Assembly (NCBI GenBank): GCA_951406725.2
Contig: OX597816.1
Span: 153,822,001-153,886,000, forward strand
Direction of reading: 5' to 3'
Source: Octopus vulgaris
Taxonomy: Eukaryota
DNA: 64,000 bases
Part shown: positions 28,601-42,406 of the stretch, in pieces
Layout of the letters: every line of letters starts with the position of its first letter
Numbering within the stretch: the stretch's first letter is position 1
Program-made: the position numbers and the translations under genes
The notes under the pieces: model-generated
Told to the model about the DNA's origin: nothing
What the model saw: the letters and a program-made list of their open reading frames with translations, nothing else
Databases searched by the model: none

Positions 28601-29335
28601 ATTTCACCACAACCACAACACTACTACTATTATAATTACATTTGTTGAAGCAATAGCACCTGAACATTTCATTTTCAGACTTACTTTTTTTGTGTGGTTG
28701 TTTTTTTTCTGTAAAGCTACATAACAGTTCCCTTAAAATAAAATTAACTGTTTAAAACAGAGAGTCAGTGACAAAATGCTCAACCATGGAACTAGTAGAT
28801 GACAAATGGCAAAGCACCACTATTTTAGTCTTGCAGTATTTAGTTCTGGTCACACCAGAATTGACTTCCATTTCTCTAGTTTTGATAAAATAACAATGAA
28901 GTATTGAAACCAATCTAGTAGAGGATATCTTTCCCCTACAAATCATTGGCTTTATCTCAATGTGATGAGTTATAATTTAGAAACAGTCATCTCTATTGTC
29001 AACTAATAGATTAACACACTGCATAGTAAGCATCTCCCATATGGCTCATATCAATAGCATGTTGGTTTGCAAACAACTAAAATTCCCATATGTCACTTTT
29101 TTTATTATTGTCATTATGTCCCATATTTTTGAGAACAATAGTATTGTCAGTTATAGGTTTCCAATGAGGCAATCACAAGTTTACTGCATTTCCAATAGTT
29201 CAAGTGACAAGATAATGCATGTGCAACTTGGGCAGAAAAAAATACAAAGTATTAGTTTGAATGTTCTGGTTTATCAGTTTCCTCACCAATGCCAACATTT
29301 TTCACTACTATACATGAGTGAAAGATATACACATC

Positions 29336-29336
<1 letters not shown>

Positions 29337-29385
<49 letters not shown>
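29337..29385. repeat. (TG)n(CG)n microsatellite
   Basis: Seen directly. Confidence 0.95.
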
Positions 29386-29386
<1 letters not shown>

Positions 29387-30529
29387 TGCATACATATATA
29401 TACACACACAAGGTTCCACAAAGTTTCCATCAAACAAATTTTGTTCACAACTCACAGCTACGGTAGAAGGCCAAGATTTCAGTCAAAATCACAACAGAAT
29501 CAACATAAATGTAAATCACCTCTGTGCTGGAATCTACCTATGAGGAGATGAGTTAAAAAGAAAGTTCTTTAAACATGATACGAGTGTAGCACTGAAGAAC
29601 AAGCCATTAAGCCATTTGCCCTCAACAATCACAGACACAGAACATCTATGATTTTACATTAGAAACTCATAAGTTAAGTGTTACCACTGATATGACCAGT
29701 CTTAATTCATTTGTACTGCATTCCAGACAATAGTAGCTATCAATCTTTATATTGTAGAGAAAATAATAAAATGACTGAGTATTGATTGACTCAATAAACA
29801 AAGTTAAGAGTTCTATATAAGGTGATATTTTTCTAACTTCCTAAAGTGTTTACTCTGATGAAGGAAAGCTCTCATCAAAACATCAGCTATTCAGACAGGA
29901 ACAGTAGATTCAAAACTATTGAATTTTTTTATCATTTTAACTTTAATCTTCATATCATTCCTGTTCTCTCCTAACTTTCCTTCTCATAGAGTAGCAGTGA
30001 ACGTCAATACTATAAGACATGACTGTATTCCTCACAATTTCATTTATTCACCCTCTTTATCTATTTGTTTTAAAAATAATTCAGTCACAAATCTATTGTA
30101 TTTGAAGTGTCTTCTGGTAATCAATATCTTAAACAAAATTTATACTTAACAAATTGGATTTCAATGTTAGTTTACATGAATCAAATCAATTTTTACCTTT
30201 GATAATTTGTTTCTTAGATATATTTAAAATGTTCACACAAAAATACATAATTTTACGATAACAGATGGAAGAACGTACATTTCAGACCACATGGAAACCC
30301 ATGAGAGCTTTAGTTTGCCATAGTGTTTTTAGAGCAAGTTAGCTCTGTACAGACCAGGCCTCTTCAAACTAAACCTGTGACAGTAATTACTGCTCAGCAC
30401 TGAGATGTGCATCACTATGGTACTTTTCTTACAAAACAGGCAGACTAGGTCACTGAGATCTAAATATTTTAGCTGGTAATCCACAGCCATCTACATCTGC
30501 AATATAAACCACCAAATTGTATGTACATA

Positions 30530-30971
30530 TTGGTAAATTTAAAATAATTTAGTTCTTTTTTTACTATTGCAAAATAATAATTACTGAATTTGTTTTTTAA
30601 GCTTAAAAATGGCTTTTATTTTACCAGGTCTTATTGCAAACTGCATTCATAAAGTGTCCACAATGTACAGTAAACATTACCAAACTGTATTTATAAATTT
30701 AGATTACTTCTTTTATTTACTGTACTGTATTAAAAAAATTTTTAAATTATTTGTTTGTAAGCTTAAAATAGGTTTTTATTAACCATGTATTATTAAAAAA
30801 CATTCATAAATCAAGTACAGAACTGGGAATGGTTATTATCGGATTAACCTAGAGACAAGTAAATTCAGCCTAGCCTTGCCTAGAGACAAGTTAATTTGAC
30901 TTAAGTCATTTTTCGACTTAAGTCGTGTCTCCTGAAACCAATTAACGATATAGGGTGAGGTATGCCTATAC
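30530..30971. mobile_element. Possible pogo/Tigger-type non-autonomous element end with an internal ~170-bp degenerate direct repeat
   Basis: Right end cgacttaagtcg...gaggtatgccta|ta. Repeated taagcttaaaa..gg.ttttatt..acca.gt.ttatt..aaa..cattcataaa at about 30598 and 30758. Confidence 0.45.
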
Positions 30972-32129
30972 ATTTGTTTTGTGTATTAGTAATTTTTAAA
31001 ATATAATTGTAACTGTGTATATAACTTGTAAATGTTTATGACTGAGACAATCAACACATCTCACCTGCAATGTATAAATTTTTCCAAAAAAAAAAGAAAT
31101 GACTTTATGCAACTACAGTTAATTAAAATTACAAGAAAGCTAACAGTGGGCTCTTAGATATTGCCAAAAATATGGTACAAGTGAATTGAGAGACCCCATA
31201 TTCACTCATATCAATTTATTTCATGAGAGATGCTTTACTAATTTTTAAATTACTGGATACATTTCATCCTGTTAATGCTCAAAAATGAACAAGACTGAAG
31301 GGTTTCTCTCTACAGCAGAAAACATTAAAAATAAATAAATAAAATAACAGCAAAGTATGGCACTGAGAAGTAATCATTGTTTTTTAATTAAACAATGAAG
31401 TAATGAATCAGGAGTTAGAGGGTCACTGCCCAAGGACACAAAAGAATGCTTACAGCAAGCTCTGATCTCACATGATAAAACAGGAATATGATACCAACAC
31501 ATCAAATCTAGGCCAAGCCAAACCAAATCACTTTAAAATGTTAGATATGAAAGTCTAATAACTACTAAAATATTTTTAGTTTTGAAAATAAATGTGTGTG
31601 TGTGTGTATTCACACACACAAACATACATACACACATATGTATACATATAAACACACAAAATGTGACATTTTTTTAAGTTAAAAGCATTTCAGTATTTAC
31701 AATAATCTTAGATTTTTATGTATAACCCTTGTCAAGCTCTATGATGTATATGTACATATATCATAATGGGTTGGCTGGGTTGTTACAGTCCAAGTCACTT
31801 GTTATTTGGAGTTACTGTCTTTTAGGACAGGTTGAAGGACCATATCTAGTTCATTATATAATATATATAAGGAGAAAGAAGAGTCACGGAAAGACAAGGA
31901 GATAAACTAATGCATAGCAAGAGGAAACAGCAAATTAAAAGAGAATAAGATTGATGAAAGTATGTAGTGTTAATTGCTTTGTACAAGATGTTTGGGATAA
32001 ATTTGACAATTTTTAAAGTCTCCTTTTGTTTTTCAGGAACAGCTTGATGTACTGGTGAACAGTCAATGGTGTTGGAAAGCACAAAGATTAAAGCTGTAGT
32101 TGAGAAAAAGTTAGTTGTCACAGAGGACA

Positions 32130-32840
32130 AGAAGCAATCTGAATATCGGAAAAGAGTTACCTGTATGATGATGATTCATGATGGGTATCAAAATGCTGAC
32201 ATCATGACTCTGCTCAATGCTCTGTAAAAGCTGTAAGACATGGAATGGACAGCTGCAACAGAACTACAAAGCCATGGCCAGCAGGAAGGGACACAGCAGG
32301 TGTTCTAACTGCATCCACATGCCTGAATTCATCCCCACATCTTTTAACAGGGACTTAGGCTCAATTCAGACAGCTATGTGAAGCTGCTGGAAGGCCATGC
32401 ATGACAGCAGGATTCAACACTTTGGCATACCACTGGAAAGAGTCAAAAGTGGTTATTGGGGAATTCCTATGACTTTACCAGCTCCAATTTCTGGACTCCT
32501 AATACTTCCATTTGCAATCCCATGGATTACTATGTACAGGGTGCAGTTGAGAAAGATACCAACTGCTCTGCTTGCAACACAAAGGCTGAGCTGATGGCAA
32601 AGATCATGGAAGCATTCAAAGACCTTCCCAGGAACACAGTGAGGAACACTGCTAAGTTCTGAAACCATCTTGAGACTGTGGTGGAAGCTGAAGGTGGATA
32701 CTTTGAATAAGCTGTTATCTCCCAGCCATAACCTAATTGATTTTATTTGATCTTTTAAAAATATTTTTATTTTGTGGGTGGGACATTGTGCTTTCGTTTC
32801 CTTTTATGCAAACTGTAAAATTTAGCTAGAACATCCTGTA
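32130..32840 (+). mobile_element. Decayed Tc1-like relic
   Basis: FWTPNTSICNPMDYYVQG (degenerate WPPNSPDCNPLDYYVWG). Right end ...catcctg|ta. Confidence 0.72.
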
Positions 32841-34460
32841 CGTTGGTACAGCAAAACACCTATAACAAAATGCAAATTCACATCAACAAATTCAAATTTA
32901 ACGAGGATTTGTTTCAATCAGACTACACTGTGTTTGAAAGTGCCCAGTAATATCATGAGATTTTCAGATTCATAGCAGTAACTATTACATGAGTTTGCAA
33001 CATTATCATTACCAGACTATTAATATTATTAAGAGAGCAGCACATGCCAACTAAGTGACACTGGAGTGCAAATATATGAAGCCTAATATACCCATCATGG
33101 CTACTCGCCTGATAAGGGTACACCCTGCATATGCATCACAACCATAGGTGCGCAATATGGTGATCTCATATCATGATAAACAGCACATGACCTTGCAGGG
33201 GAAGTCCCAGTTAGAATTTCCTTCAGGTCTTGTAGCCCAGCCCACTCAAAAGGTCCCTGGATGAGAGTTGTTTAAGGATGTTGAACAAAACACCTATGTT
33301 ACCATAAGTGACTTATTGAAACCCCAAAGAATTCCTCTCAACGCATGGCTATGATGCTCCCCCACAACTTCTGCTCATGATCAGAGATGCACATATCATC
33401 AGTCACTAAGAGACATGTTCAAATGGTTAAAGTCAAGCAGTTGACAAGCAAATCTAAGGTATTGAACAGAATGTTTACTGTAGCCCATATTTTATACCAA
33501 GACAAAACATGTACATGATAACACTTCAAATCAGTTAAGATCAAAAGCCATGAGAACCACTACCTGGTACTGTGTCAGGGCATCTATTATTATTATTATG
33601 GTGGCGGTGAGGGCTGGCGCATCAAATGGCTGCACCAGGCTCCAATCTTGATCTGGCAGAGTTTTTACAGCTGGATGCCCTTCCTAATGTTAATGCCACC
33701 GCCACAGTAACTTTAGAAGATGTAGCCCTATAGCCTATACAGGAACCATTATTACTATCTTTATTTATGGTTTGAGAAAGTGATCAAGAGTTTTCTGTCT
33801 TGAAATAAGAATTAGACACAGCTTGAAGAACATGTATAGAAGTGTTGAATGTTAATAAAGATGGTCAATATGAACAAGAATGTTTTCAGATCCTACCCAG
33901 TAAAGTAATTTTCTGGAACATGTTAATGTCCATCCTTATAAGTAATTTGTCAATCTCCTTACATAAATCATTGTGTATCACTCCAATTGTGCCAACTACA
34001 AATGTGATTGCTAAGCATATTACTTAACTATCATAATGTTTTAGTTCAAATGATAAGTCACTCTAAACTCCTTAGCTTTCAGTCAGCGTCTACACATTAT
34101 AGTCATCTAGTATTACTATGCTGATAATTAATATGATTTTGTCATCAAGAATGTCAAACTTATGTATTAACTAGAAGTCTGCATGCTAATTTTTCTTAGA
34201 ATTATTTTTATTATTATTATTCATTTTATTTGTTGTTGACTTCGTCATTCATTTCTGCTAGGTCATTCACATTTACAAATAGCTTTGTACCAAAATAAGA
34301 AGTCAAGGGCAATGTGGTGAAAGAAATGATACAATGACAGACTAAATGCTCTATAGTAATTAATCAAGTCCCTTTCTTTACTGAAGTTGAAATCCAAACA
34401 AGATCAAACTAACCTTTCATCCTTCCAAGACTTATAAAATGAGTACCAGTCAAGTACAAG

Positions 34461-34860
34461 CCAGGACTGTAGAGTCACAGTTGGAAGCAATTATTGGATT
34501 GTCAGGAGCTAGTAAAAATGAGTCAATCCTGACTAAATTGTAATATGTGCTACTTTATAAAAAAACAGTCTCCATTTTTGTTGGGTTTTTTTAAGGTTTT
34601 ATTTTATGCTAAATAGTTTTGTAAATTCTTTAATAATATTAAATGGCCTCATTACAGCCTTTATACTCAAACTTTAACAAGCTAGGGAGCTAAAAAGTAG
34701 CCTGATTATCATCCACAGTCAATGTATGTTGTGTAATATCAGGAGTTTCCCGGTGACCCAACAGGTCATGGGTAGACTAGTTACATATAAAAGTTTGTGA
34801 TATTAAATTGTTGAGTTAACATCAGAGTCAGAAGTTTATATACAATTCCAATGTCCTTGA
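34461..34860. mobile_element. Possible non-autonomous DNA transposon containing a Helitron-like 3' end (hairpin plus CTAG, 34749-34780)
   Basis: Degenerate termini caggactgtagagtc / aattccaatgtccttg; internal cccggtgacccaacaggtcatggg..CTAG|t. Confidence 0.4.
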
Positions 34861-35559
34861 TACTAGCATCAATTATGCTAGTGGGGTGGGAAAGTGGCCA
34901 GTATTGACCCCTGCAAGTCTATGTCACATAGACTTGCAGGGGTCAATACACACACACACACACATATACATATATATATCATCATCATCATCATCAATAT
35001 CAGTGTTTGAATTATCCTGGTTCTTTATAGATTTTGCATAGCATTTTCATTAAATTGCTTTAAATATTTCTTATTAAAAAGTGGTAATGATACAAAAGAA
35101 AAGAGAAATTGTTTTTCAATTGAGAATGTTTTTATTAATTACATTCTTTAATTTTATTTTAGAAATTTTATTTTATTTTTCAAGATGGGGGTTAGTTATT
35201 GATGATTCTATGAAGGGCTCATTGATATAAGAAATTTGCTGACCTCTGAATTATACTGACTATACTCCTTCACCAAAATCTGTAACCTTGGAGCAATAGA
35301 GCAGTATTAGAAGTTATAATTTGAAGTTGAATTTGCTTGAGGAAGGTGGGAGACACTAAAATATATACCAGTAATGTATTGATGACAACTTGAGTAATTG
35401 TGCCCCTCCCCATTGTGTCAATGTGAAAAAAATTGTTAGTAGAAGACAAAAATGATAGTGTGTTGGACTAATCATTTTATAATAGTTTAGCCTTGTCCAG
35501 AATTCAATCCAGCTGAGGTTAACTTTGCCCTGTGAGTACTAGTAATAAAGGCAGTAGAC

Positions 35560-35659
35560 NNNNNNNNNNNNNNNNNNNNNNNNNNNNNNNNNNNNNNNNN
35601 NNNNNNNNNNNNNNNNNNNNNNNNNNNNNNNNNNNNNNNNNNNNNNNNNNNNNNNNNNN
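35560..35659. other. Assembly gap (100 N)
   Basis: Run of N; its left flank is a SINE-like repeat. Confidence 0.99.
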
Positions 35660-37061
35660 GAATAGTCATTACCCATAAGCTAGAGTTTCACTTGTTGCTC
35701 TGATGTTTCAAGTTACTGAATTCTGAACCATTAATTAAATTTTTTTTATTAGTAGAAATAAGTAAATGGAACCCAGTCAGTTCAAACAATACAGACCCCA
35801 GTTATTTAATCAGCCAAACTTCCCATTTACTAAGTATTTCACAGATACCTGTACCTTTAATGTAATTCAAAGATAGAATCAACTGAAATCACACAGAAAT
35901 AATAATTTGTGATTGTGTTCATGATAATGAGTCAACATTACAATGTGACAAGACTGGTCCTTTTAATTATAGGTACATTCTATCTGATGGACTTTCACTT
36001 ACTCTCTTATCAATTTAATTCATAAGATGCCACTCAATACAATAGTATTCAGGGTATCATGATTGCAGAATGATAACCACTTGAACATGCTTGCATCCAA
36101 TAATTTATGGGTAAACAAGTGGGTAGATAAAGAGGCAGCTATTTTTGTATCAGCTTTTCATTCAACCATTAAATACATGACTATCTCAGGATTTTCAATA
36201 TTTCTTTATTAGTTCTTTATATTTGATTTGGAACAACAATATTCTTAAAACCATGGTCTGAGACTTCAAGAGTTTCATAACCTCATTTTCAAATAAAGCT
36301 GCTGCAATAGCATGTAGTCTGCACAGTGACTAAGTTACAAAGGGTGTCAGTACATCATTTTACATTTCTCTACACTACATTAACTGAAAATGAATACCAG
36401 TTGAATGTTATTGCAGCCCTCTCTCCTCCCAGCTGCTATATCCTCAGTATTTTATTGCATCCAGGGTAGCAGAGCTGAGAGGGTGTCTATATATGATTGT
36501 GGCTACATACGTACCTAAAACAATTTAGCAAAATTTTGGTACAAGCTATCAAGTCATACTTGCTTACAAGTGACAGCCAAGTACTCTGTGTGTGTGTGTG
36601 TGTGTGTGTATAAAACCATGTCCATTTTTTCCTCCATGTTTGCAAGGGATGATTGGAACTTATCAGGACCAGAACACTTTCTGTCACCAGCCCTCACTTG
36701 TTTCCAAGCAAAGTAATATTTCCTCATGGCTAGGACATGTTTTCATACAATACTGGAAATACTCATTTACACTGTCATGTGATGTCAAGTCAAGGAGACA
36801 CAAACATACACATACACAAACACACAGAAGCATGTGTAGTTGAGAAAATTTCTTTGCAACCATATAGCTTCAAGCATGAATCTGTAGTGCAGTGGCTTGG
36901 AAAAGTGAACTGACCAATGACTTCAAGTGAAATTGATAGGCAGAAACGGTGCAAAAACTTGTCCCATATATTATGCACACACTCATGCACACATGCATAA
37001 ATGTGTGTTTGCATATTTCTTTATATATATATATATATATTGTGTGTTTGTCTGTTTCTTA

Positions 37062-37093
<32 letters not shown>

Positions 37094-37094
37094 A

Positions 37095-37400
37095 GAGGCG
37101 CAATGGCCCAGTGGTTAGGGCAGCGGACTCGCGGTCGTAGGATCACAGTTTCGATTCCCAGACCAGGCATTGTAAGTGTTTATTGAGCAAAAACACCTAA
37201 AAGCTCCACGAGGCTCTGGCAGGGGGTGGTGGCGATCCCTGCTGTACTCTTTCGCCGCAATTTTCACTCACTCTTTCTTCTGTTGGCCTGCTCACTTAGC
37301 CAGCTGGGTGGCGTCATTTGAAGGCTGAAACAATGCGAAGCGCATTGTGACCAGCGATGTGTAGCAACATCTGATAGCCTGGTCGGTCATGTGACATGAT
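37095..37400 (+). mobile_element. tRNA-derived SINE, relatively intact; degenerate relative at about 25918-26210
   Basis: Pol III box A TGGCCCAGTGG and box B-like GTTTCGATTCC, followed by a non-tRNA body. The 3' part gcattgtgaccagcgatgtgtagcaacatc matches 26158-26190. Confidence 0.8.
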
Positions 37401-37751
37401 ATACATATATATATATATATATACACACACATTTTCTTATCCCGCATATTTGTGTTCGATGCCAAAGTAAAGATTCAGTTTCATTACCAGTGGTAATATA
37501 TATATATATATAGATATAGATATAAAAGGCTAAGATCCAGGGGTCTAAGTTTAGGAAGTTTGTAAGCTTCAAGCAGTCCATGGTAGGTGTAGAGAACAAA
37601 AAGTGAACAATGCACGATAAGGAACAATAATTTACTGGCACTGAAAGTTACACATTTTTTCCCATACTGAAATTACGAGGAAATTTGATAAGCTGATAGT
37701 TTCTTTATAAATCACAGTTAGCCACTAGAGTTATTACAAATGCAAATAAAA

Positions 37752-38009
37752 ATCCAAATTGAGGGAATAGACAGAGTAAAATGCACGCTATATATGTTAT
37801 GATCTTAGCTAGCTGATCTTCTGTTATAACAGTTACTAAACGATAGGTGCTCAACTTGGTTAATCATCAGGCCCTTCATTTAATTAAGGTAACTTCAACC
37901 TGATAATTGGTTAAACACCCCTTGTTGAGTAATTATTACATCAGAGGATCAGTTGGCTAAGATACATATGTAGCCTGCATTTTACCCGTTCCACTCCCTC
38001 ATTTTGGAT
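37752..38009. mobile_element. Palindromic MITE-like element (~260 bp)
   Basis: atccaaattgaggga..gtaaaatgca..atcttagctagctgatc pairs with gatcagttggctaagat..tgcattttac..tccctcattttggat. Confidence 0.7.
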
Positions 38010-40309
38010 GTACATACACACACACATTTACATATATGGCTATGTTGTATTTTAACAGTGAGAATAAAAAATTGTCAATGACTGAATATGTACTGGGAAG
38101 CCTCGGCACCATCGTTCTAATTACCAAAAATAGCAACTAAATGTCACTTAAATCACACTCTTCTGTCTCTAAAGTGGAAAAAAAGTAAGGACGTATACGA
38201 CAACCTCCACCGTGTCCTTACTTTTTTTATAAGGCAGAATGTTATTCGGCGAAGATTTTGCTGTTATTTCTGGCAAATAGCGGTTGCGAAGAAGCTACAT
38301 CATTTAATCGGAAGCTGTTAATTTTTGTCATACATTGAAAATAATTGAAAATGACAGAATAGTCACGCTTGGAACGCCTTTAATTATAGGTCTGGTGACC
38401 CAACAAGCATTGCTCTGTATATCTTTTCTGTCATTAGCTCGAAATAGAAAAAAGGTTAGGTTTGACATTAGTATGGATGTGCATTGGGATTTATAAACAA
38501 ATTTACGTACGTACAATATAAAAGGATACCTGACAGGCATCGATATGTACAGGGTTACAAAATCTTTCTATGTAAATACATAAAAAAAATCAAGCTCTAT
38601 ATAAACCGGAACAGCGAACCGGTTTTTATTGCTATCAGAAATTCGTTTATGTCGGTTTAGTATCACTTTAGAAAGCAATGGACATCACAATTCTTCAGAA
38701 GCATATTTCCAAGTGTTTATGCCTTCGTTAGAAGCAACTAGTGTGCGTACGTGTAGGTGTCTATAACCTCGTTTAAGGTCGAAATAAAATCAAGTGTCGA
38801 TATATTTATTTCAAATATCGATTATACGTGATACAACAATAACAGCAGCACCAGCGGTGAATAATTAATTCTTTTCACTATGCACAAACACTACCAAAGA
38901 CTAGTTTCTCTTGAAAGACGATAGATTTTCTACTCATTTCTTTCCAAAGTATAACAGAATTGGAATTCGGTCCCTGTAGTTAGTGTAACTCAATAATCAC
39001 AATACAGATTTCACAGAATAAACACAAGGTCTCGAGTATACAAGACACAAGAAACGAGTCTGTGGGGCGCTCATGCCTTTTGTCAAGGACATTAACAGCA
39101 AAAAAAAGTGAAGTGAAAGAGTTACCAGCAAGAATCGAAACTAGGTCGCAGATTTTCTCGCCGCGAGCTTGACACTAGCAGTTGTAGGCGAGTTTCCTAA
39201 AACGGTTTGGCAGAGTGTTTCGACCGCTGGTAATGAAACTGAATTTTTTGTTGGCATCGAACACAAATATGCAGGATAAGAAAATAGTCAATACTGAATC
39301 AACCTCCACACAAGCCTGGTACTAATTTTATCGATCCCGAGGAATGAAAGAAAGAGTTGACTCCACCACTAGGGCGATAAAAAGGAGAGATACAGTATTG
39401 ACTGAAGAAAGAAATACTGTCAGCGAACATAAATAAGATTTTAAGCGTTAATCACAACATATAGAATAGAATTATTAATGATTTGCACAGAGAGGGTGGG
39501 GTCGAAGTTAGTCATTCGAAGAGGACCAGGGTACACTAAAACATGGATCGCTTCAGCTCTTGGTAAAACCGTCACCTCCTACCAGCGATCAGGCTGAAAC
39601 CATTCAGCTAGACCACATTATTCCTACCATTGTTACGGCCTCTTGTGTTTATGAAATTACTGTAACATCATGACTTCTTCTTAGAGTTGATATTGAAGTT
39701 AGATTTTTAAGATTCGTTGGCGACAAAATTACAAGCCCTTCGAACCCTTTTAGTTTTGGCCACCATAACTTCTTTCACTGTAGCCGTCATGCAGAAAAAG
39801 AAAAAAAAACTTAAGTGCCAACACATCCATGCCATAATAATAATAATATAGATGAGTATCTGGGCACAAGGCTAACTTTTAGAAGAGACAAATAGAGTTG
39901 ATTGAATCGTTTCTAATATATTACAGGTGAGTATTTTATCGACCCTAAGAGATAAGTCGTTCCTGTTGTGATTTAACCACTCAGCACAGAAGGACAAGAC
40001 TAAAAATTGCAAAGTATCAGATCCAATAGTTTTTTTATAGCCTAAGATATCCTCCCAGATATTATTTTTGGACACAAGGCTACAGTAGACAGAAATGAGA
40101 CTATGTGACATTGATACCTTCCTTGGTTGTATTAACGATGTAAGTAAAATTGACTACAAGCTGGAGTGGAAACTGGGTCGCGAACTTAACTCACCGGAGT
40201 TTACCTTTTAAGTTAGTCTACGGCTCTTACCAAAACTACAAAATAATAACAAGTGTCAATGAGGGGCTATGGTAGTGAAGAAGGAAAAAAGAATATAAAT
40301 TGGTCTTAC

Positions 40310-40406
40310 CTTCTGCAATGACGTCTTCCACAGTGACAACATATCTACCCAAGGAGAAGACTTTGCCGACATGACCGGCTGGTTGGGTGGAAAAAAACTT
40401 TTTCAT
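40310..40406 (-). CDS. AAK1: AAK1/BMP2K-like NAK kinase, coding exon 1 (MKKFFSTQPAGHVGKVFSLGRYVVTVEDVIAE-G)
   Basis: ATG at 40406 with an upstream in-frame TAA. The MKKFF start and VTVEDVIAEG match the AAK1 N-terminus. Donor G|gtaaga; 97 nt, phase 1. Confidence 0.93.
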
Positions 40407-42314
40407 TCTAGAATTAGATCTGTGGCGTTGTTGGCTGAGAGAAGAGACAGTTTCGTCGGTAGAGTTGGTGTAATAGTGATGGTAATGTTGATGATGCTGT
40501 TACACAGTCCATCAGACATGGGAAGTTGTGGTAGTAATGTTGATGTTACGTCCATCAGAAAAAGGAGGATATGATGATAATTGTGATTGAATGTGTGAAA
40601 TGTAGAAAGAAATCCGATACATCTATTTCAAGACACGGTCAACAAAACAGAAAAAACGAAAACGAGATGGGGAAAGAGGAAGAGAAGATTAACACGTAAA
40701 ATCGTGGTGGTGATATTGTTGTCGTTGTTCTTGAGGTTGTGAGGAGGAAGAGAGAGAAAAATACACACAAACAGGGGGGGAGAGAGATAACATGTACTGG
40801 TTGTGATATCTGTTCAAATGGTTGTCAGTGCTATAAAGAGAGAGGGACAAGTAGAGAGCAAAGATAGAGTAACACGCAGAGAGATGGTTGCTATTGCGGT
40901 AGAGAGAGATGGAAAGAGGTTAGATCTTCGGGGAAATGTTCTTTACAAAAAGAAGTTATCCTAAAGTCTCTCCCCACTAAAATAAAGGGGGTGACGAAAA
41001 AGTGAAAACAAATTAATATGTACGTTAGGGGCTGTGTTGTTGTGATGGTGGAGAGTATTAGTGATAATAGTTCTGGTGTTGTGGTTGCAGTTAGTACGAT
41101 TGACGTGGTGTTGGTGTGGACAGCAGTGACAACAAAGTAAAATAGGCGGAGGTGGTAGAGGATTAGAAAGAGAAGCATTGATTCTTGTCTCTCCAGACAT
41201 CACTTCTAAACAGGTCTTTTAGGTCATCAAACCAACACCCACCCCCACGAAAAGAACCATTTTGATCCTAGTCTTGTCTGTTTATATATGTCTATGGGTC
41301 TGAGTGTGTGCCTACGTTTTGCAAGTGAGTGTATCTGTTACTGAGTCTGCGTGCGCCAGTATCTATGTACTAAGTATAGGTAAAAGTAGTAGGTGTATTA
41401 TACCGAGTATTAACTGGAGATCGTTCCCTCCCTCTTACTCTCTTTTTCGCCAACACTCACACATACACACTTCCTCCCACTAATGCTCGTTATATATATA
41501 AATATATTCTTTACAATCCGTAAAACCTCGCGTCAATGTCGAAGTCAAACCATAAATTCCAGCAACTAGAACCACTGCTACTGTCTTTCCAAAGACATTT
41601 CCTGTTGCTTCGCCTATAGTCACTTCCGTTTGGCGCAATATTACAGATTCTGTTGATACTTACAACACTAACGCACTCACATTTCATATTTTTTTTTTTT
41701 TTTTTTTTTATAGATTGCTTTCTCTTCGGTTTTCGTAATATAAATGTTACTTTGGTTTCTTTTGCTTGTTGTGTTTTTTTTCTTTAAAATAATGTGTTGT
41801 TGTCTCTCTCTCTTGTTTGTTTTTCTCTTGTCACGCTGTTATTTCAAGACGATGTTGCCAATCATGATTATCACCCAATGACTGCTGGCTGCTTGGTTTT
41901 AAAGCATTGTAGCCATGTTTGTAGGCAAGCTAGCAACGTTAAAAGCGAACGACAACTATATAAGACGACAGTAGGAGAAAATTATAAGGACTCGTATGAT
42001 AAAATAACCCGACCTACTATAAAACGTCGATGTTTTCCCAACTCTTTCCTCGTGTATCCGTCCCCTAATAGCTCGGCCGGATGGTAAATGGGTGGGTGGT
42101 CAGCTCTAGCTCAAAGCCTCACTTCAAATCTCACTAGGTTGAGATTTTAGAAAATAGAAAAAAAATATTTATTACATACATATTTTTTACCAATATATTC
42201 TATACTCTTTCTACTTGTTAAATAAAATATGGAGAGAAAATAGCACCATTTTTCTCTCTCTACTTCCTGTATCTCCTCGCCGAGCCGTAACTGACCGAGT
42301 TAGTGTCAGACGAG
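40407..42314. promoter_or_regulatory. Putative bidirectional promoter and 5' UTRs between AAK1-like and ASH2L-like genes
   Basis: Divergent ATGs about 1.9 kb apart. The region is largely repeat-free with visibly higher CpG density. ETS-like ACTTCCG at about 41622 and CCAAT boxes at about 41858 and 41876. Confidence 0.6.
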
Positions 42315-42406
42315 ATGTCAACACCGGGAGTTGAGGCATCAAGCATGGCCGAGAATAACGAAGAAAAAACTATTCCTTTAGAACAAAATAATTCCGAAAA
42401 TCAAAG
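42315..42406 (+). CDS. ASH2L: ASH2L-like gene, coding exon 1 (MSTPGVEASSMAENNEEKTIPLEQNNSENQ-S)
   Basis: ATG at 42315, with a second in-frame ATG in good Kozak context at 42345. Donor AG|gtatcc; phase 2 matches the next exon. Lies in the CpG-richer promoter region. Confidence 0.72.

Noticed and set aside
28996-29551. 156-aa ORF and overlapping ORFs
   Set aside because: No recognisable motifs, runs through (TG)n, and there is no splice support.
29850-29890. Minimal hammerhead ribozyme (CTGATGA core, Penelope-type)
   Set aside because: The required GAAA is replaced by CAAAA and no convincing stem II is present; at best a dead relic.
37095-37170. tRNA gene
   Set aside because: It has A/B boxes but no complete cloverleaf, and it continues into a body shared with 25918-26210, so it is a SINE head.
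40891-41203. Minus-strand ORFs upstream of AAK1
   Set aside because: Low-complexity UTR/promoter-like sequence with no homology clue. They could be incidental uORFs but are unsupported.
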